Shown in pieces: positions 53,295-62,631 of a stretch of DNA of 64,000 nucleotides. Under the pieces are notes generated by a model. That model worked only from the letters and a program-made list of their open reading frames with translations, had not been told where the DNA came from and did not search any database. Both the position numbers and the translations under genes were made by a program. The DNA is from a virus: IMG/VR virus record IMGVR_UViG_3300044712_002679, positions 116,406 through 180,405 of that record. One strand, written 5' to 3'. Numbering within the stretch: position 1 is the first letter of the stretch; each line of letters begins with the position of its first letter.

Positions 53295-53302
53295 TTTAAA
53301 TT

Positions 53303-53671
53303 ATGGAAAAAATTATTTTAGAAATACCAAAAGAAGATATTGAAGAAGTTATACACTTACTGAGATATGCAATGTACGAAGAACCTACAAGTAATGATGT
53401 TTGGACATTACTTGCACCATTTTGTGAAGAACACAGTAGTATTAAATTTGATGGAAGAGAAGAAGAATTTTTGATGAATAAGTCAAAAAATTCAGGCAAT
53501 ACCACTAATACTATGTTAGATATTCTTCAATCAAAAGAAGAATTGTTGGAATGTATCCAAAATTTGATGGGTGTATTTGATACACCAGTTTCAAGAAGAT
53601 TAATAAAGGGTGATTTTACAGATGAAGTTCGTAAGATAGGTCGCCAAATTTTGGAAAGTAATGGCAAATAA
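53303..53671 (+). CDS. Hypothetical protein
   Basis: 122-aa ORF. Confidence 0.6.
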   Translation: MEKIILEIPKEDIEEVIHLLRYAMYEEPTSNDVWTLLAPFCEEHSSIKFDGREEEFLMNKSKNSGNTTNTMLDILQSKEELLECIQNLMGVFDTPVSRRLIKGDFTDEVRKIGRQILESNGK

Positions 53672-53678
53672 ATGACTT

Positions 53679-54203
53679 ATGAAAAAGAAAATTAAAAAAC
53701 ATAATCCAGATAGGTATGGTGAAACATACGATATCAATTGGATAAATACCCAAATTGAAGTTTTGGTCAATATAAGACCATGGATTATTTTATCTGGTGG
53801 GTGGGCTTGGCATTTCATTTCACCACCACATACCGAATATAAACACATTCATGATCATAAAGATATTGACATTTTTGTACTACCAGAAAATTTCACAATA
53901 GTACAATTAGCACTCGAATCAATTGGTTTTTATCGAATGAAAACTAAATATGATAATAATACTTTCATTCGGTATGAAAAAATTGATAATGATAAAAAAA
54001 TTGTTATTGATATGTTCAAATCTAAAGTTCCATTCATTACTGTTAAAGGGTGGAATGTAGTTGATCCTACACATTTATTGACATTGTACTATTCAGTTCA
54101 TCAAAGTGATCATTGTATAGCGGTTAAAGCATCCAGGATGCTTATTGAACAGGGTATAGACATAATAGATAATGAAGAACTGGTAAAAATCCCAAATAAT
54201 TAA
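53679..54203 (+). CDS. Hypothetical protein (possible nucleotidyltransferase fold)
   Basis: SGGWAWHF...HDHKDIDIFV loosely fits the G[GS]...D.D NTase signature; weak. Confidence 0.3.
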   Translation: MKKKIKKHNPDRYGETYDINWINTQIEVLVNIRPWIILSGGWAWHFISPPHTEYKHIHDHKDIDIFVLPENFTIVQLALESIGFYRMKTKYDNNTFIRYEKIDNDKKIVIDMFKSKVPFITVKGWNVVDPTHLLTLYYSVHQSDHCIAVKASRMLIEQGIDIIDNEELVKIPNN

Positions 54204-54465
54204 ATCATTTTTTAGCGATGGGAAAATTTAAAAAAATGTTTATAATGTTGAAATCAAAAGAATGTAATTTCTTTTTTTATACAACAAGCGGAAGTTATGG
54301 AATGTATTGCGAACAAATAAGGCATAAGTGTTTTTGCATTCCGTTTTTAGTTGGAATTAGATATACGGTTTCGTGGGGTGGCTAATATGTTGTACATGAA
54401 AATATAGAAATAGTGAAATAACAAAAAAAAAGTTAAAAAACATATAGGAATTTGAAATTTTTTCG

Positions 54466-54473
54466 TATCTTTG
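54466..54473 (+). promoter_or_regulatory. -7 promoter box TATCTTTG with conserved leader
   Basis: TTTTTCGTATCTTTGTATCGTAATTAAAACAACAACAAATG; 23 nt to ATG 54497; near-identical to the 1831..1874 block. Confidence 0.65.
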
Positions 54474-54496
54474 TATCGTAATTAAAACAACAACAA

Positions 54497-54883
54497 ATGA
54501 AAGTATTTGAAATAATCTACACAAAAGAATCGGAAAAATTAACATTACCATATGGTAGTTTGAATACATATTATGTAAAAGATGACAATGTATGTTTTTC
54601 TGTTGATGTATATATTGAAACGGTAAAAGATATCGTTGAAAGTAAAAGTGAAATTGCTGTTACTGAAAAATATAGTAATTTCAATATTGTTTCAATAAAA
54701 CATATTGGTAATAAAGATTACCAATTTGAAGCTATTGCACCCGATGATTACGTTAAAATAAATTCATCAGATGTTTTAAATTCTGTAAAAAATGGACAAC
54801 GTGATAGGGTTTGTTCCGAAGAAGTGCAAGAATTTCAGAAAAATGGTAAACGAATACCACATCCTACATATTCGGAATTTTAG
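54497..54883 (+). CDS. Hypothetical protein
   Basis: 128-aa ORF. Confidence 0.6.
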   Translation: MKVFEIIYTKESEKLTLPYGSLNTYYVKDDNVCFSVDVYIETVKDIVESKSEIAVTEKYSNFNIVSIKHIGNKDYQFEAIAPDDYVKINSSDVLNSVKNGQRDRVCSEEVQEFQKNGKRIPHPTYSEF

Positions 54884-54971
54884 AAAACAAATTATTAAAA
54901 TATTACTATATACTTTATGATTAAATTTTATAATTCGCTTTCTCCACCTTCATATTCCATTAAACTAGAAT

Positions 54972-55196
54972 ATGAAAGCAATTTCGAAACTGCGACTTTG
55001 GAGAGTTGCAATCGTACACCGTAATGGTTACGAAGCACCATCAATATTGGTGGAAGCTAAAGCAAATGATGTACACGATGAAGTACGAAAATTAAATCTG
55101 AGACTTTTAGATTTTCCTGACAAATGGAGTTATCATTTGTTAGACCTCAAAAAAAAATTTGATGATAAAAGGGGAAAATGGGTAACAGAAGAATGA
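54972..55196 (+). CDS. Hypothetical protein
   Basis: 74-aa ORF followed by a terminator. Confidence 0.5.
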   Translation: MKAISKLRLWRVAIVHRNGYEAPSILVEAKANDVHDEVRKLNLRLLDFPDKWSYHLLDLKKKFDDKRGKWVTEE

Positions 55197-55201
55197 AAAA
55201 A

Positions 55202-55223
55202 AAGGTTGTCAAATGGCAACCTT
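55202..55223. terminator. Bidirectional terminator between convergent genes
   Basis: AAGGTTG TCAAATGG CAACCTT with A-run and T-run. Confidence 0.65.
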
Positions 55224-55239
55224 TTCTTTTTTATGTATC

Positions 55240-55752
55240 TTATTTATCAGATTTGACCTGATCTAATTGATTTAAACCATAATCTGGCTTATCTAATACA
55301 TCAAAATCAAAATCATATAATTTATATTTTATAATATAATGTAAAACTTTAGTGTACCAGTTAGGATCGGCTGAATAACCTTTTCGTATTTCATTCAACC
55401 AAACTTTATAATCTGTTATTTTGTTTTGAGTCAAGTTGTTGTAATATTTCTTTTTTGAAATAAATGTACAAAAATGTTGAAATGATAATGTATCAGTTTC
55501 ATATCCACGATAATGACTTCCATACTTTACACCAAAAAAATTGTTTTTATATTTACACAATTTACTATTACCATAAGCACTTTCGTGCATTGATATTCCT
55601 AATATAATACTTGGTGGAATTTCATATTCTTTCATAAGTTCAATTGAAATACTATCATATTTTTCAATAAAAGTTAATGGTGTGTGTTTTTGTGCATTTA
55701 AAATTAAAGTAAAAAATAACATTACTATTACTAGTTTAATTTTTTTTATCAT
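55240..55752 (-). CDS. Peptidoglycan hydrolase, GH73 glucosaminidase family, with signal peptide
   Basis: N-terminal MIKKIKLVIVMLFFTLILNAQ; IPPSIILGISMHESAYGNSKLCKYKNNFFGVK matches the GH73 core (..ESg.G.S.la...nN.FGiK). Confidence 0.75.
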   Translation of the reverse strand: MIKKIKLVIVMLFFTLILNAQKHTPLTFIEKYDSISIELMKEYEIPPSIILGISMHESAYGNSKLCKYKNNFFGVKYGSHYRGYETDTLSFQHFCTFISKKKYYNNLTQNKITDYKVWLNEIRKGYSADPNWYTKVLHYIIKYKLYDFDFDVLDKPDYGLNQLDQVKSDK

Positions 55753-55967
55753 ATTTTTTGTTGTTTTTTATTGATAAAATACTATAATAATTTCACCTAT
55801 TATCTTCCGCTTTGGTTTTAATTGAAAAGATTTTTTGAATAGCGGATTGTGATTTTTTATCAATAATAATTCACCTAAGAATTATTGTCATTTTTAAAAA
55901 GCTAAAAATTATTTTTTACATATATATAAAAAATTCTAATTTGTTTTTTAAATTGAATAATTTATTG

Positions 55968-55975
55968 TATATTTG
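55968..55975 (+). promoter_or_regulatory. -7 promoter box TATATTTG
   Basis: 22 nt upstream of ATG 55998. Confidence 0.55.
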
Positions 55976-55997
55976 TTGAAATTTTAAAATGTGAATT

Positions 55998-56222
55998 ATG
56001 AAAAAAGAACTTTTTTGCGTAGCGTTATATCACCCAGTTAAAAACGATTTTAATGGTGAATTTGATTCTTTTGCTATTGATGCTAAATGTACTACTGATG
56101 ATTTGGCAAAATTAAAAACTGATGATGATCTTGGTTATATTGAGTTAGTTGGATGGTTACCAATTAAACATTATAATGGTGCTACAGTTAGCGAATCAAA
56201 TGATTATTTTGTACGTTGGTAA
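55998..56222 (+). CDS. Hypothetical protein
   Basis: 74-aa ORF. Confidence 0.55.
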   Translation: MKKELFCVALYHPVKNDFNGEFDSFAIDAKCTTDDLAKLKTDDDLGYIELVGWLPIKHYNGATVSESNDYFVRW

Positions 56223-56223
56223 A

Positions 56224-56433
56224 ATGGAAGAAAAATTATATGAAACATTAAAAAAAGTATTTGACTTAACACATGGTGCTTGGGATGATCCTGTAATAAG
56301 TGAAGAATTGTATAATGAAATGGAAAATGTTTTGATTGAATATGAAAAAAATATTCAGACAAATGGTAGAAAATATCGAATAACAAACGATATCACAATG
56401 ACAATAAATGATATTAAACCTGATAAATTATGA
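56224..56433 (+). CDS. Hypothetical protein
   Basis: Start set at ATG 56224 within track ORF 56149..56433, avoiding overlap with the upstream gene. Confidence 0.5.
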   Translation: MEEKLYETLKKVFDLTHGAWDDPVISEELYNEMENVLIEYEKNIQTNGRKYRITNDITMTINDIKPDKL

Positions 56434-57065
56434 AAAATTTAGCTACTAGTTCAACCGATCCTAAAGTATTAGAAGATTTAGATAATACTATTTGTGAAGA
56501 ACTCAAATTAGCCGGAATACCAATAATAAAACTTGAAGAACGATCAGGTGAAGTACCAACAATATTTGGTGGAAAAATTGGGAATTGGACTTTTCGTAGA
56601 GCTTGGTATTATTGGGTTGCATCAACAGAAAACGTGGAAGATGGATTACCATTAAAATTAGCATTGGAATTGCACAATAAATCAATAACTAGTATCACTG
56701 GTGTCGAATATGATATTCTTGGTAAATATATTCGATCTGGTGGTGATTGTTCATGTCCATCACCCGATGGTTATACTTCACAACCAAAGTATAATGAAGA
56801 ATTGGAAGAAAGATTAATCGAATTAGGATATATACGAAAGACATTTAAAGGTAGTGATAAAGAATATTCTTATATTGATATCAATTGTGGTGATGTTGCT
56901 AAATTGTGCAATGAAGGTAAATTAAATGTTGAACGATATGTAGATTGCTATCATATAGATGAACAATTTGGATTAAATGAACTTGCGTATGCAATATTTA
57001 ATCACAATGTTAGAATAGGAAATTCTATATTAGAATCATTAAAAATAAAAGGATTAATAAAGTAA
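56430..57065 (+). CDS. Hypothetical protein
   Basis: 211-aa ORF. Confidence 0.6.
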   Translation: MKNLATSSTDPKVLEDLDNTICEELKLAGIPIIKLEERSGEVPTIFGGKIGNWTFRRAWYYWVASTENVEDGLPLKLALELHNKSITSITGVEYDILGKYIRSGGDCSCPSPDGYTSQPKYNEELEERLIELGYIRKTFKGSDKEYSYIDINCGDVAKLCNEGKLNVERYVDCYHIDEQFGLNELAYAIFNHNVRIGNSILESLKIKGLIK

Positions 57066-57069
57066 TAAA

Positions 57070-58158
57070 ATGACAAAATACGAAAAATTAGTAATAAAAC
57101 CGATATTTGATATAATTGAAAAATATCAAGAATATTTAACCCAACCAGAAAATTTACCACAATTAGCTAAGATTGGATATATTTACAATAAATTGTATTA
57201 TGCTGGAAGAATTGCATATGGTTATAGTGGTATAGTCAAAAAAGGAAGTACTTGTGAAAATAACCCCAAAGATTGGTTGGAAAATGTTAATTATTTAAAT
57301 GAAAAAATTGATTATCTTGTTTATGATGCTTGGGGAATGCATGTATCAAATGATGGTAATATACTAAGTTTTGAAGAAATAAAAAATCTTGTTTTTGAAG
57401 GTAAAACATTAACAGAATTTGAAATTAAACAAAGAAAACCGAACAAAACCTTCGATGAATGGGTTGAAATTTTAACAGACAAACAATATAAGTATTATAC
57501 ATTATTTCCAAATAGAAGAAAAGTTGCAGATTATTTATTGTGTGTTATTGGTACTGATTTTGGCTACAATAAAAAAAGTGGATATATTATAGAAGAAGCT
57601 GGTGGTGCAGATCAAGATATTGATTTATATGGTTATTGGGAAAATTCAGTTATTTGTTCTGAAATAAAACCAATTATTGAAAAAATATTTGAATATACTG
57701 AAGTTAAAATTGCACTTGATGCTGTAAGTGATTATGTGAAATCATTAAGAATCAAAAGACAAAAAGAAGAACAAAAATCTTGGGATGTTTTTTATAAAAT
57801 TATAAATGAACAAAGGAAAGAAAATAATTTACCAGAACTTGATATATCTGATCCAAATACTTTACCTATTATTCAGGATTTTATAAATGATGAAATTTCA
57901 AAAATTGATAAAGTTGATAAAGTTGATAAAGTTGATAAAGTTGATAAAGTTGATAAACCACGTTTATATTATCCAATAAGTAATTATTCAATCATAACAT
58001 TATTTGATGAAAATACACATATTTCATACATTAATGCTGGTATCGAAGTTTGTGAAGATATTTTATTGCATAAAAATGATTATTTAATTAAAAATGATGT
58101 TGGTTATGAAAAAAACATCATATTTGCTGAAAAATTCTTAAAAAAATTTAAAAAATGA
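57070..58158 (+). CDS. Hypothetical protein with (KVD)x5 repeat
   Basis: 362-aa ORF; GATAAAGTT x5 at 57907..57951. Confidence 0.65.
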   Translation: MTKYEKLVIKPIFDIIEKYQEYLTQPENLPQLAKIGYIYNKLYYAGRIAYGYSGIVKKGSTCENNPKDWLENVNYLNEKIDYLVYDAWGMHVSNDGNILSFEEIKNLVFEGKTLTEFEIKQRKPNKTFDEWVEILTDKQYKYYTLFPNRRKVADYLLCVIGTDFGYNKKSGYIIEEAGGADQDIDLYGYWENSVICSEIKPIIEKIFEYTEVKIALDAVSDYVKSLRIKRQKEEQKSWDVFYKIINEQRKENNLPELDISDPNTLPIIQDFINDEISKIDKVDKVDKVDKVDKVDKPRLYYPISNYSIITLFDENTHISYINAGIEVCEDILLHKNDYLIKNDVGYEKNIIFAEKFLKKFKK

Positions 58159-59207
58159 AAACTGTAAATATTAAAAATAATATTTGGTTGGTGGGTCGAA
58201 GTACTAAATTTAATTTAACTAGAATTACAAAAATTCATATATTATTGGGGGATGAAATTATTTATAGTGGTAAAACTTCCGATGCTCCTGTTGAATATAT
58301 TAAGTATGTCGGTGACGAAGAATATTGCTTAATATATAAAAAGATAAAAAAAGTTAATTGGATAATAGATAAATATGTTTTCGATGATTACGAAGAAAAA
58401 TTAGAAACTGCTATAAAAAATAGTGGTCATAATGTTTTATTTTATGATGATTTCATTTTTGAAAATCTTACTGAATTTTTCAATAAAAAGTTTGAATGGA
58501 AAGGTATATCAAATCCAATTACAATTTTTCACGGATCATATCAAACTGCTAAACAATTGAATAAGTATGCATATTATCCTGGAATTTATTTGACATTGGA
58601 CAATTATGAATGTTTCAAATATTATGGTTTATTTGGAGATAATCTATTAAATTCCAACTATTTTATGATGGGATTAAATGATGTATTGCGAAATAAAGAT
58701 AAATTCTTCGACATATTTAAAACTGACGGCATCTTCATCAGACCTTCAGATGGATTCAAATCTTTTCCTGGTCAAACATTACCGAAAGATAACTTTGATT
58801 TTGAATTTAATGTATTTTTACAATCATATGGTGGTTTAGATACTGACACACTTGTTGTTGTTTCTGCAATTCAAGATATTGAAGAAGAATATAGATTTAT
58901 TGTTGTTGATAATATTGTTGTTTCAGGTTCATTGTATATGGATAAGAATAATCGTGATAGTCACAATGCATATTACGATAAATTATGTACTGATCAAAAT
59001 GCTTGGGATTTCGCTGTTGAAATGTCAAAAATTTATCAACCAGATAAAGCATATGTAATAGATGTATGTAAATTATCAAATGGTGAATACAAAATGATTG
59101 AATTGAATTCGTTTTGTTGTGGTTCTATGTATGGAAATGATTATGATAAAGTTGTAGATGCTGTAAATAATTTATGTATTAAAGATTTTGAAGATGTTTA
59201 TGAATAA
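58155..59207 (+). CDS. ATP-grasp-like protein (phage R2K-type), paralog of 2315..3121
   Basis: EEEYRFIVVDNIVVSGSLYMD...AYVIDVCKLSNGEYKMIELNSFCCGSMYG. Confidence 0.55.
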   Translation: MKTVNIKNNIWLVGRSTKFNLTRITKIHILLGDEIIYSGKTSDAPVEYIKYVGDEEYCLIYKKIKKVNWIIDKYVFDDYEEKLETAIKNSGHNVLFYDDFIFENLTEFFNKKFEWKGISNPITIFHGSYQTAKQLNKYAYYPGIYLTLDNYECFKYYGLFGDNLLNSNYFMMGLNDVLRNKDKFFDIFKTDGIFIRPSDGFKSFPGQTLPKDNFDFEFNVFLQSYGGLDTDTLVVVSAIQDIEEEYRFIVVDNIVVSGSLYMDKNNRDSHNAYYDKLCTDQNAWDFAVEMSKIYQPDKAYVIDVCKLSNGEYKMIELNSFCCGSMYGNDYDKVVDAVNNLCIKDFEDVYE

Positions 59208-59217
59208 ATAAAATAAA

Positions 59218-59628
59218 ATGAAAAAAGACACAAAAAAAATAACAATAAGATCATTTCTTAAAGAATGGTTTAAAAATACAAATGAAGATATTATTATTGA
59301 TTCAGAAAAAAATATTTCAGTTAAAAATAAAAATATGCGATTTTTTTTCGAAGAATTTTTAACAGCATTTTTAAATAATTCTGGTCATTATAGAATTGTT
59401 GGATGTGATTTAGCATCATCATTTAAAATAAATTTTTCGGAAGAAGAAACAATGTTAAAAATTGCACAAGATATTTGGGATAATCCACATGATTATTTCA
59501 AATTTAATAAAAAAGAAAATGAATATTATGAATTTTTAAAATATTTATGGGTTGAAACCCCTAATAGTAAAATGAGATTGACTGATTGTGTGAATACTGG
59601 TATTCCAGAAGAATTAAAAACGAATTAA
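59218..59628 (+). CDS. Hypothetical protein
   Basis: 136-aa ORF. Confidence 0.6.
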   Translation: MKKDTKKITIRSFLKEWFKNTNEDIIIDSEKNISVKNKNMRFFFEEFLTAFLNNSGHYRIVGCDLASSFKINFSEEETMLKIAQDIWDNPHDYFKFNKKENEYYEFLKYLWVETPNSKMRLTDCVNTGIPEELKTN

Positions 59629-59629
59629 A

Positions 59630-60031
59630 ATGAAAACAAAAAAAGTTTGTTCAAATGATCATTTTCTTAAATTATTGAAACAATTTAAGAAAATAAGTTG
59701 TCGTGTAATACTTGATCATAAAGAAAGCAAATATTACAAATTATATTGTGATTTTGCTTTTGGTGATTTTATAAATAAATCACCATTTGATCACATATTG
59801 GACGATTTATTTAAAAACTTTAAAGCAAATCCAATAAAAACCAATTCTGGTCTTACTGATGAAATGTGTAGTGAATATATGAACAAATTTTATGTGACAT
59901 ATACATTCGAAAACGAATTAGGTAAACGTTCAATTGATTCTAATTATATTGTATTCCGAATTTATGTTAAAATTGGAACAATTAGGAAAAAACGATTAGT
60001 TAAATGGTCAGTACCAATAATATGGAATTAA
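59630..60031 (+). CDS. Hypothetical protein
   Basis: 133-aa ORF. Confidence 0.6.
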   Translation: MKTKKVCSNDHFLKLLKQFKKISCRVILDHKESKYYKLYCDFAFGDFINKSPFDHILDDLFKNFKANPIKTNSGLTDEMCSEYMNKFYVTYTFENELGKRSIDSNYIVFRIYVKIGTIRKKRLVKWSVPIIWN

Positions 60032-60582
60032 AAAATATTATATTTGAAGGAATAACAATAAAACCAAAAAATGGTTTTTATAAATGTCCATTTAAGTGTG
60101 GTGTTCCAAATTATCCAACACCCAAATGGAAAACTGAAAATGGTTTTATGAAACATTTAGAAAAATGTTATAAAAGACCATCATTAATTACTAAACATGA
60201 AAATGATAAGCAAGAATTGTTGGATGAATTAGAAAAGGTTAAACAAGAATATTTGCCAACAATCAAATATAAAATAGGTGATAAAATTTGGTTTGTTCGA
60301 AAAATTGTTGAAAAAGATACCCACGAATGGCGATTCAATAGATCAGTAAAAGTTAGATATGAACCAATATTAAGATTTGATGCTGAAGAAACAATAATTA
60401 ATAGTATCAATTTTGATAACCCATATTTTCATGTTACATTAGAAAATATTGAAAGATTGTTATATTTCAATAATGAAATTAGACCTTCTGATATAATGAA
60501 TAAAGAAGATGCTATTAAAACTGCAAAACAAAAAACAATTGAAGATAAAGAATATAGAGATGAATGTTCACGTTACAGATAA
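60004..60582 (+). CDS. Hypothetical protein
   Basis: 192-aa ORF; alternative start ATG 60022 reduces overlap with the upstream gene. Confidence 0.6.
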   Translation: MVSTNNMELKNIIFEGITIKPKNGFYKCPFKCGVPNYPTPKWKTENGFMKHLEKCYKRPSLITKHENDKQELLDELEKVKQEYLPTIKYKIGDKIWFVRKIVEKDTHEWRFNRSVKVRYEPILRFDAEETIINSINFDNPYFHVTLENIERLLYFNNEIRPSDIMNKEDAIKTAKQKTIEDKEYRDECSRYR

Positions 60583-61000
60583 TAAAAATATTAGTTCTGA
60601 TTTAGAAGATGATAGTTTTGCTAATGGATTACGTGCATTGTTTACTCGTGGTGAATTTTGTAAAAAATGTAGATTAAATAATAAAATCAAAAATATTTTA
60701 AGTTTAATGTTAAATGAAACAAGTGAAGATACTTGTTTTATGGAAGAATCCCAATTTGAACTATTTATGCAAGCAAAAATTTGGATAAATAAACAAATTG
60801 GTTTATCTTCGGAAAAACAAATATTAACAGCACGATTAGCTGGATTTATATATCATTGGATGAATGTTGATTTTAAATATTATCCATTCGATAATGAAAA
60901 TGATTATAATCAAGCTTGTGAATGGATTATGAATAAATTGAGTGATAAATATTCTGTTTCTGAAATGACTATTGGTTCAGATGAAAAAATAAGAAAATGA
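60560..61000 (+). CDS. Hypothetical protein
   Basis: Start set at ATG 60560 within track ORF 60509..61000. Confidence 0.55.
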   Translation: MNVHVTDNKNISSDLEDDSFANGLRALFTRGEFCKKCRLNNKIKNILSLMLNETSEDTCFMEESQFELFMQAKIWINKQIGLSSEKQILTARLAGFIYHWMNVDFKYYPFDNENDYNQACEWIMNKLSDKYSVSEMTIGSDEKIRK

Positions 61001-61275
61001 AAATTAAATTAAAAAATTTAATACTTGGTTTAAAAGAACAATGTCCAATTAAACGAGCATTTAGAAATTTCATTATTACAGGAAATGCTTGGGGGTTATT
61101 TAGCATTAGAAGCCACCAAAGAGCTGATGGTAAAGAAAAAGTAATGTATAATACTAAAGCAACAGCACAAAAAGCTGCTGATAGTATGAAGATAAAAATG
61201 AAAAAACACTTTTCGGTATATAAATGTATCTATTGTGATGGTTATCATTTAGGTAAAAATAGGGAAAATAAATAA
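60997..61275 (+). CDS. Hypothetical protein
   Basis: 92-aa basic ORF, C-terminal CIYCDGYH. Confidence 0.55.
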   Translation: MKIKLKNLILGLKEQCPIKRAFRNFIITGNAWGLFSIRSHQRADGKEKVMYNTKATAQKAADSMKIKMKKHFSVYKCIYCDGYHLGKNRENK

Positions 61276-61286
61276 AATTAAACGAT

Positions 61287-61730
61287 ATGAAATTAAAATC
61301 ACCATTTGGAATGTCACCAACAGGTGTGGGTCCAAAAATATATGCAAGTGCGATACCATTTATTGTAATTGGATGTTTGTTTCCATCACATAGTTCAAAT
61401 ATATTATTGCAACTTATTGGGATATGCTTTATTTTATTGGGTATCATTGTATTTATATTAACAATGATTCAACTTATAATTAAATTTAATGAAGGGAAAT
61501 TAGCAACAACTGGTGCTTTTAAGTTTTCTAGAAATCCATTATATTCATGTTGGATTGTATTTATAATTCCTGGTTTGGCGTTATTGTGCCTTAATTGGTG
61601 GTTTATATTGGGTTCTGTTTCAATGACTATAACATTAAATATTTTCATAAAGAAAGAAGAAAATATGTTATTGAATGCGTTTGGTCAAGAATATTTAGAT
61701 TATAAAAAAGAAGTTGGTAGAATAATTTAA
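61287..61730 (+). CDS. Membrane methyltransferase of the isoprenylcysteine carboxyl / phospholipid methyltransferase family
   Basis: Four hydrophobic segments; LATTGAFKFSRNPLYSCW...EENMLLNAFGQEYLDYKKEVGRII matches G.Y...RhP.Y...EE..L...FG..Y..Y. Confidence 0.7.
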   Translation: MKLKSPFGMSPTGVGPKIYASAIPFIVIGCLFPSHSSNILLQLIGICFILLGIIVFILTMIQLIIKFNEGKLATTGAFKFSRNPLYSCWIVFIIPGLALLCLNWWFILGSVSMTITLNIFIKKEENMLLNAFGQEYLDYKKEVGRII

Positions 61731-61736
61731 AATACT

Positions 61737-62045
61737 ATGGGACTAGAAATTAAAAGAAATGCTAAAGGTAAATATCAACTGAAATCAACGATATCAGATG
61801 AAAAATTACATAAAGATTGGATAACTGAAGATGAAGCTAAAAAAATTTTAATTGAAAGAGAATATTGGAGATTTATTGAAGAAACAATTAAAATTTATTT
61901 GGATTTTCCAAATGGTTGTATGGTCAATGGTAAATATGAAGCTAAAAATTTCCAAGGAAATAAATTTATTATTGAACATTGGAATGATGGTAAAATTGAA
62001 GAAAAATATAAAGAAATAATTAGTCAATTAAATATAGTGTTGTAA
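61737..62045 (+). CDS. Hypothetical protein
   Basis: 102-aa ORF. Confidence 0.55.
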   Translation: MGLEIKRNAKGKYQLKSTISDEKLHKDWITEDEAKKILIEREYWRFIEETIKIYLDFPNGCMVNGKYEAKNFQGNKFIIEHWNDGKIEEKYKEIISQLNIVL

Positions 62046-62046
62046 A

Positions 62047-62580
62047 ATGAAACGAATTAAAACAGAAGAAATCAAACAATGGAATGTAGCGAAAAAAACT
62101 AAATCCATTAAAGCAAAACCATTAATTTCTATTATGGTTGATAAAAGTGTTATGAGTAAATTTCTTGTTGATACATTGGAAGGTAAAGAACCATTAGGTG
62201 ATGGTGCCATCATTTGTATTGGGGAAAGTAATGATGTTTGGCAACAAATGCCAAAAAAGCTTCTTCAAAAATATGATGTAACTGCAATTGATAATGATGG
62301 ATGGATGGTTTGTGAACCTAAACCTGATAATTCTGTTGAAGCAATTGAAATAACTGAAAATTTAAAAGAATATATTGATAATGTTGATACATTTATTGGT
62401 GATAATGAAGATTTTTATATTATCGGTCTTTGGGGTGAAAAAACAGTATTATTAGATGTTCCAATTCAAATTCAACGTGCAGATATTGGTGATTTTATTT
62501 GTCGAAATCGGGAAGATAAAACAGATGTTTGGATTGTTAAAAGAAAAATATTCATTAACACATATAATATTATTGGATAA
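62047..62580 (+). CDS. Hypothetical protein
   Basis: 177-aa ORF. Confidence 0.6.
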   Translation: MKRIKTEEIKQWNVAKKTKSIKAKPLISIMVDKSVMSKFLVDTLEGKEPLGDGAIICIGESNDVWQQMPKKLLQKYDVTAIDNDGWMVCEPKPDNSVEAIEITENLKEYIDNVDTFIGDNEDFYIIGLWGEKTVLLDVPIQIQRADIGDFICRNREDKTDVWIVKRKIFINTYNIIG

Positions 62581-62631
62581 TAAACTTTTTTGTTTTTATA
62601 ATCTATAAATTATAAAAAAAGTTGTTGATGC

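Noticed and set aside
54204-54460. Intergenic stretch with GGAATG...CATTCC inverted repeat, considered as an ncRNA or riboswitch.
   Set aside because: There is only a 6-bp imperfect stem around a 30-nt loop, with no promoter box upstream and no recognisable riboswitch core. The evidence is too weak to report as a feature.
27727-57951. Short tandem repeats (4057, 27727, 36497, 47722, 57907) considered as possible CRISPR arrays.
   Set aside because: The units are 6-33 bp with no unique spacers, and all are in-frame inside ORFs, encoding EGIN, NDAE, poly-T, ES and KVD repeats. No cas genes are present.
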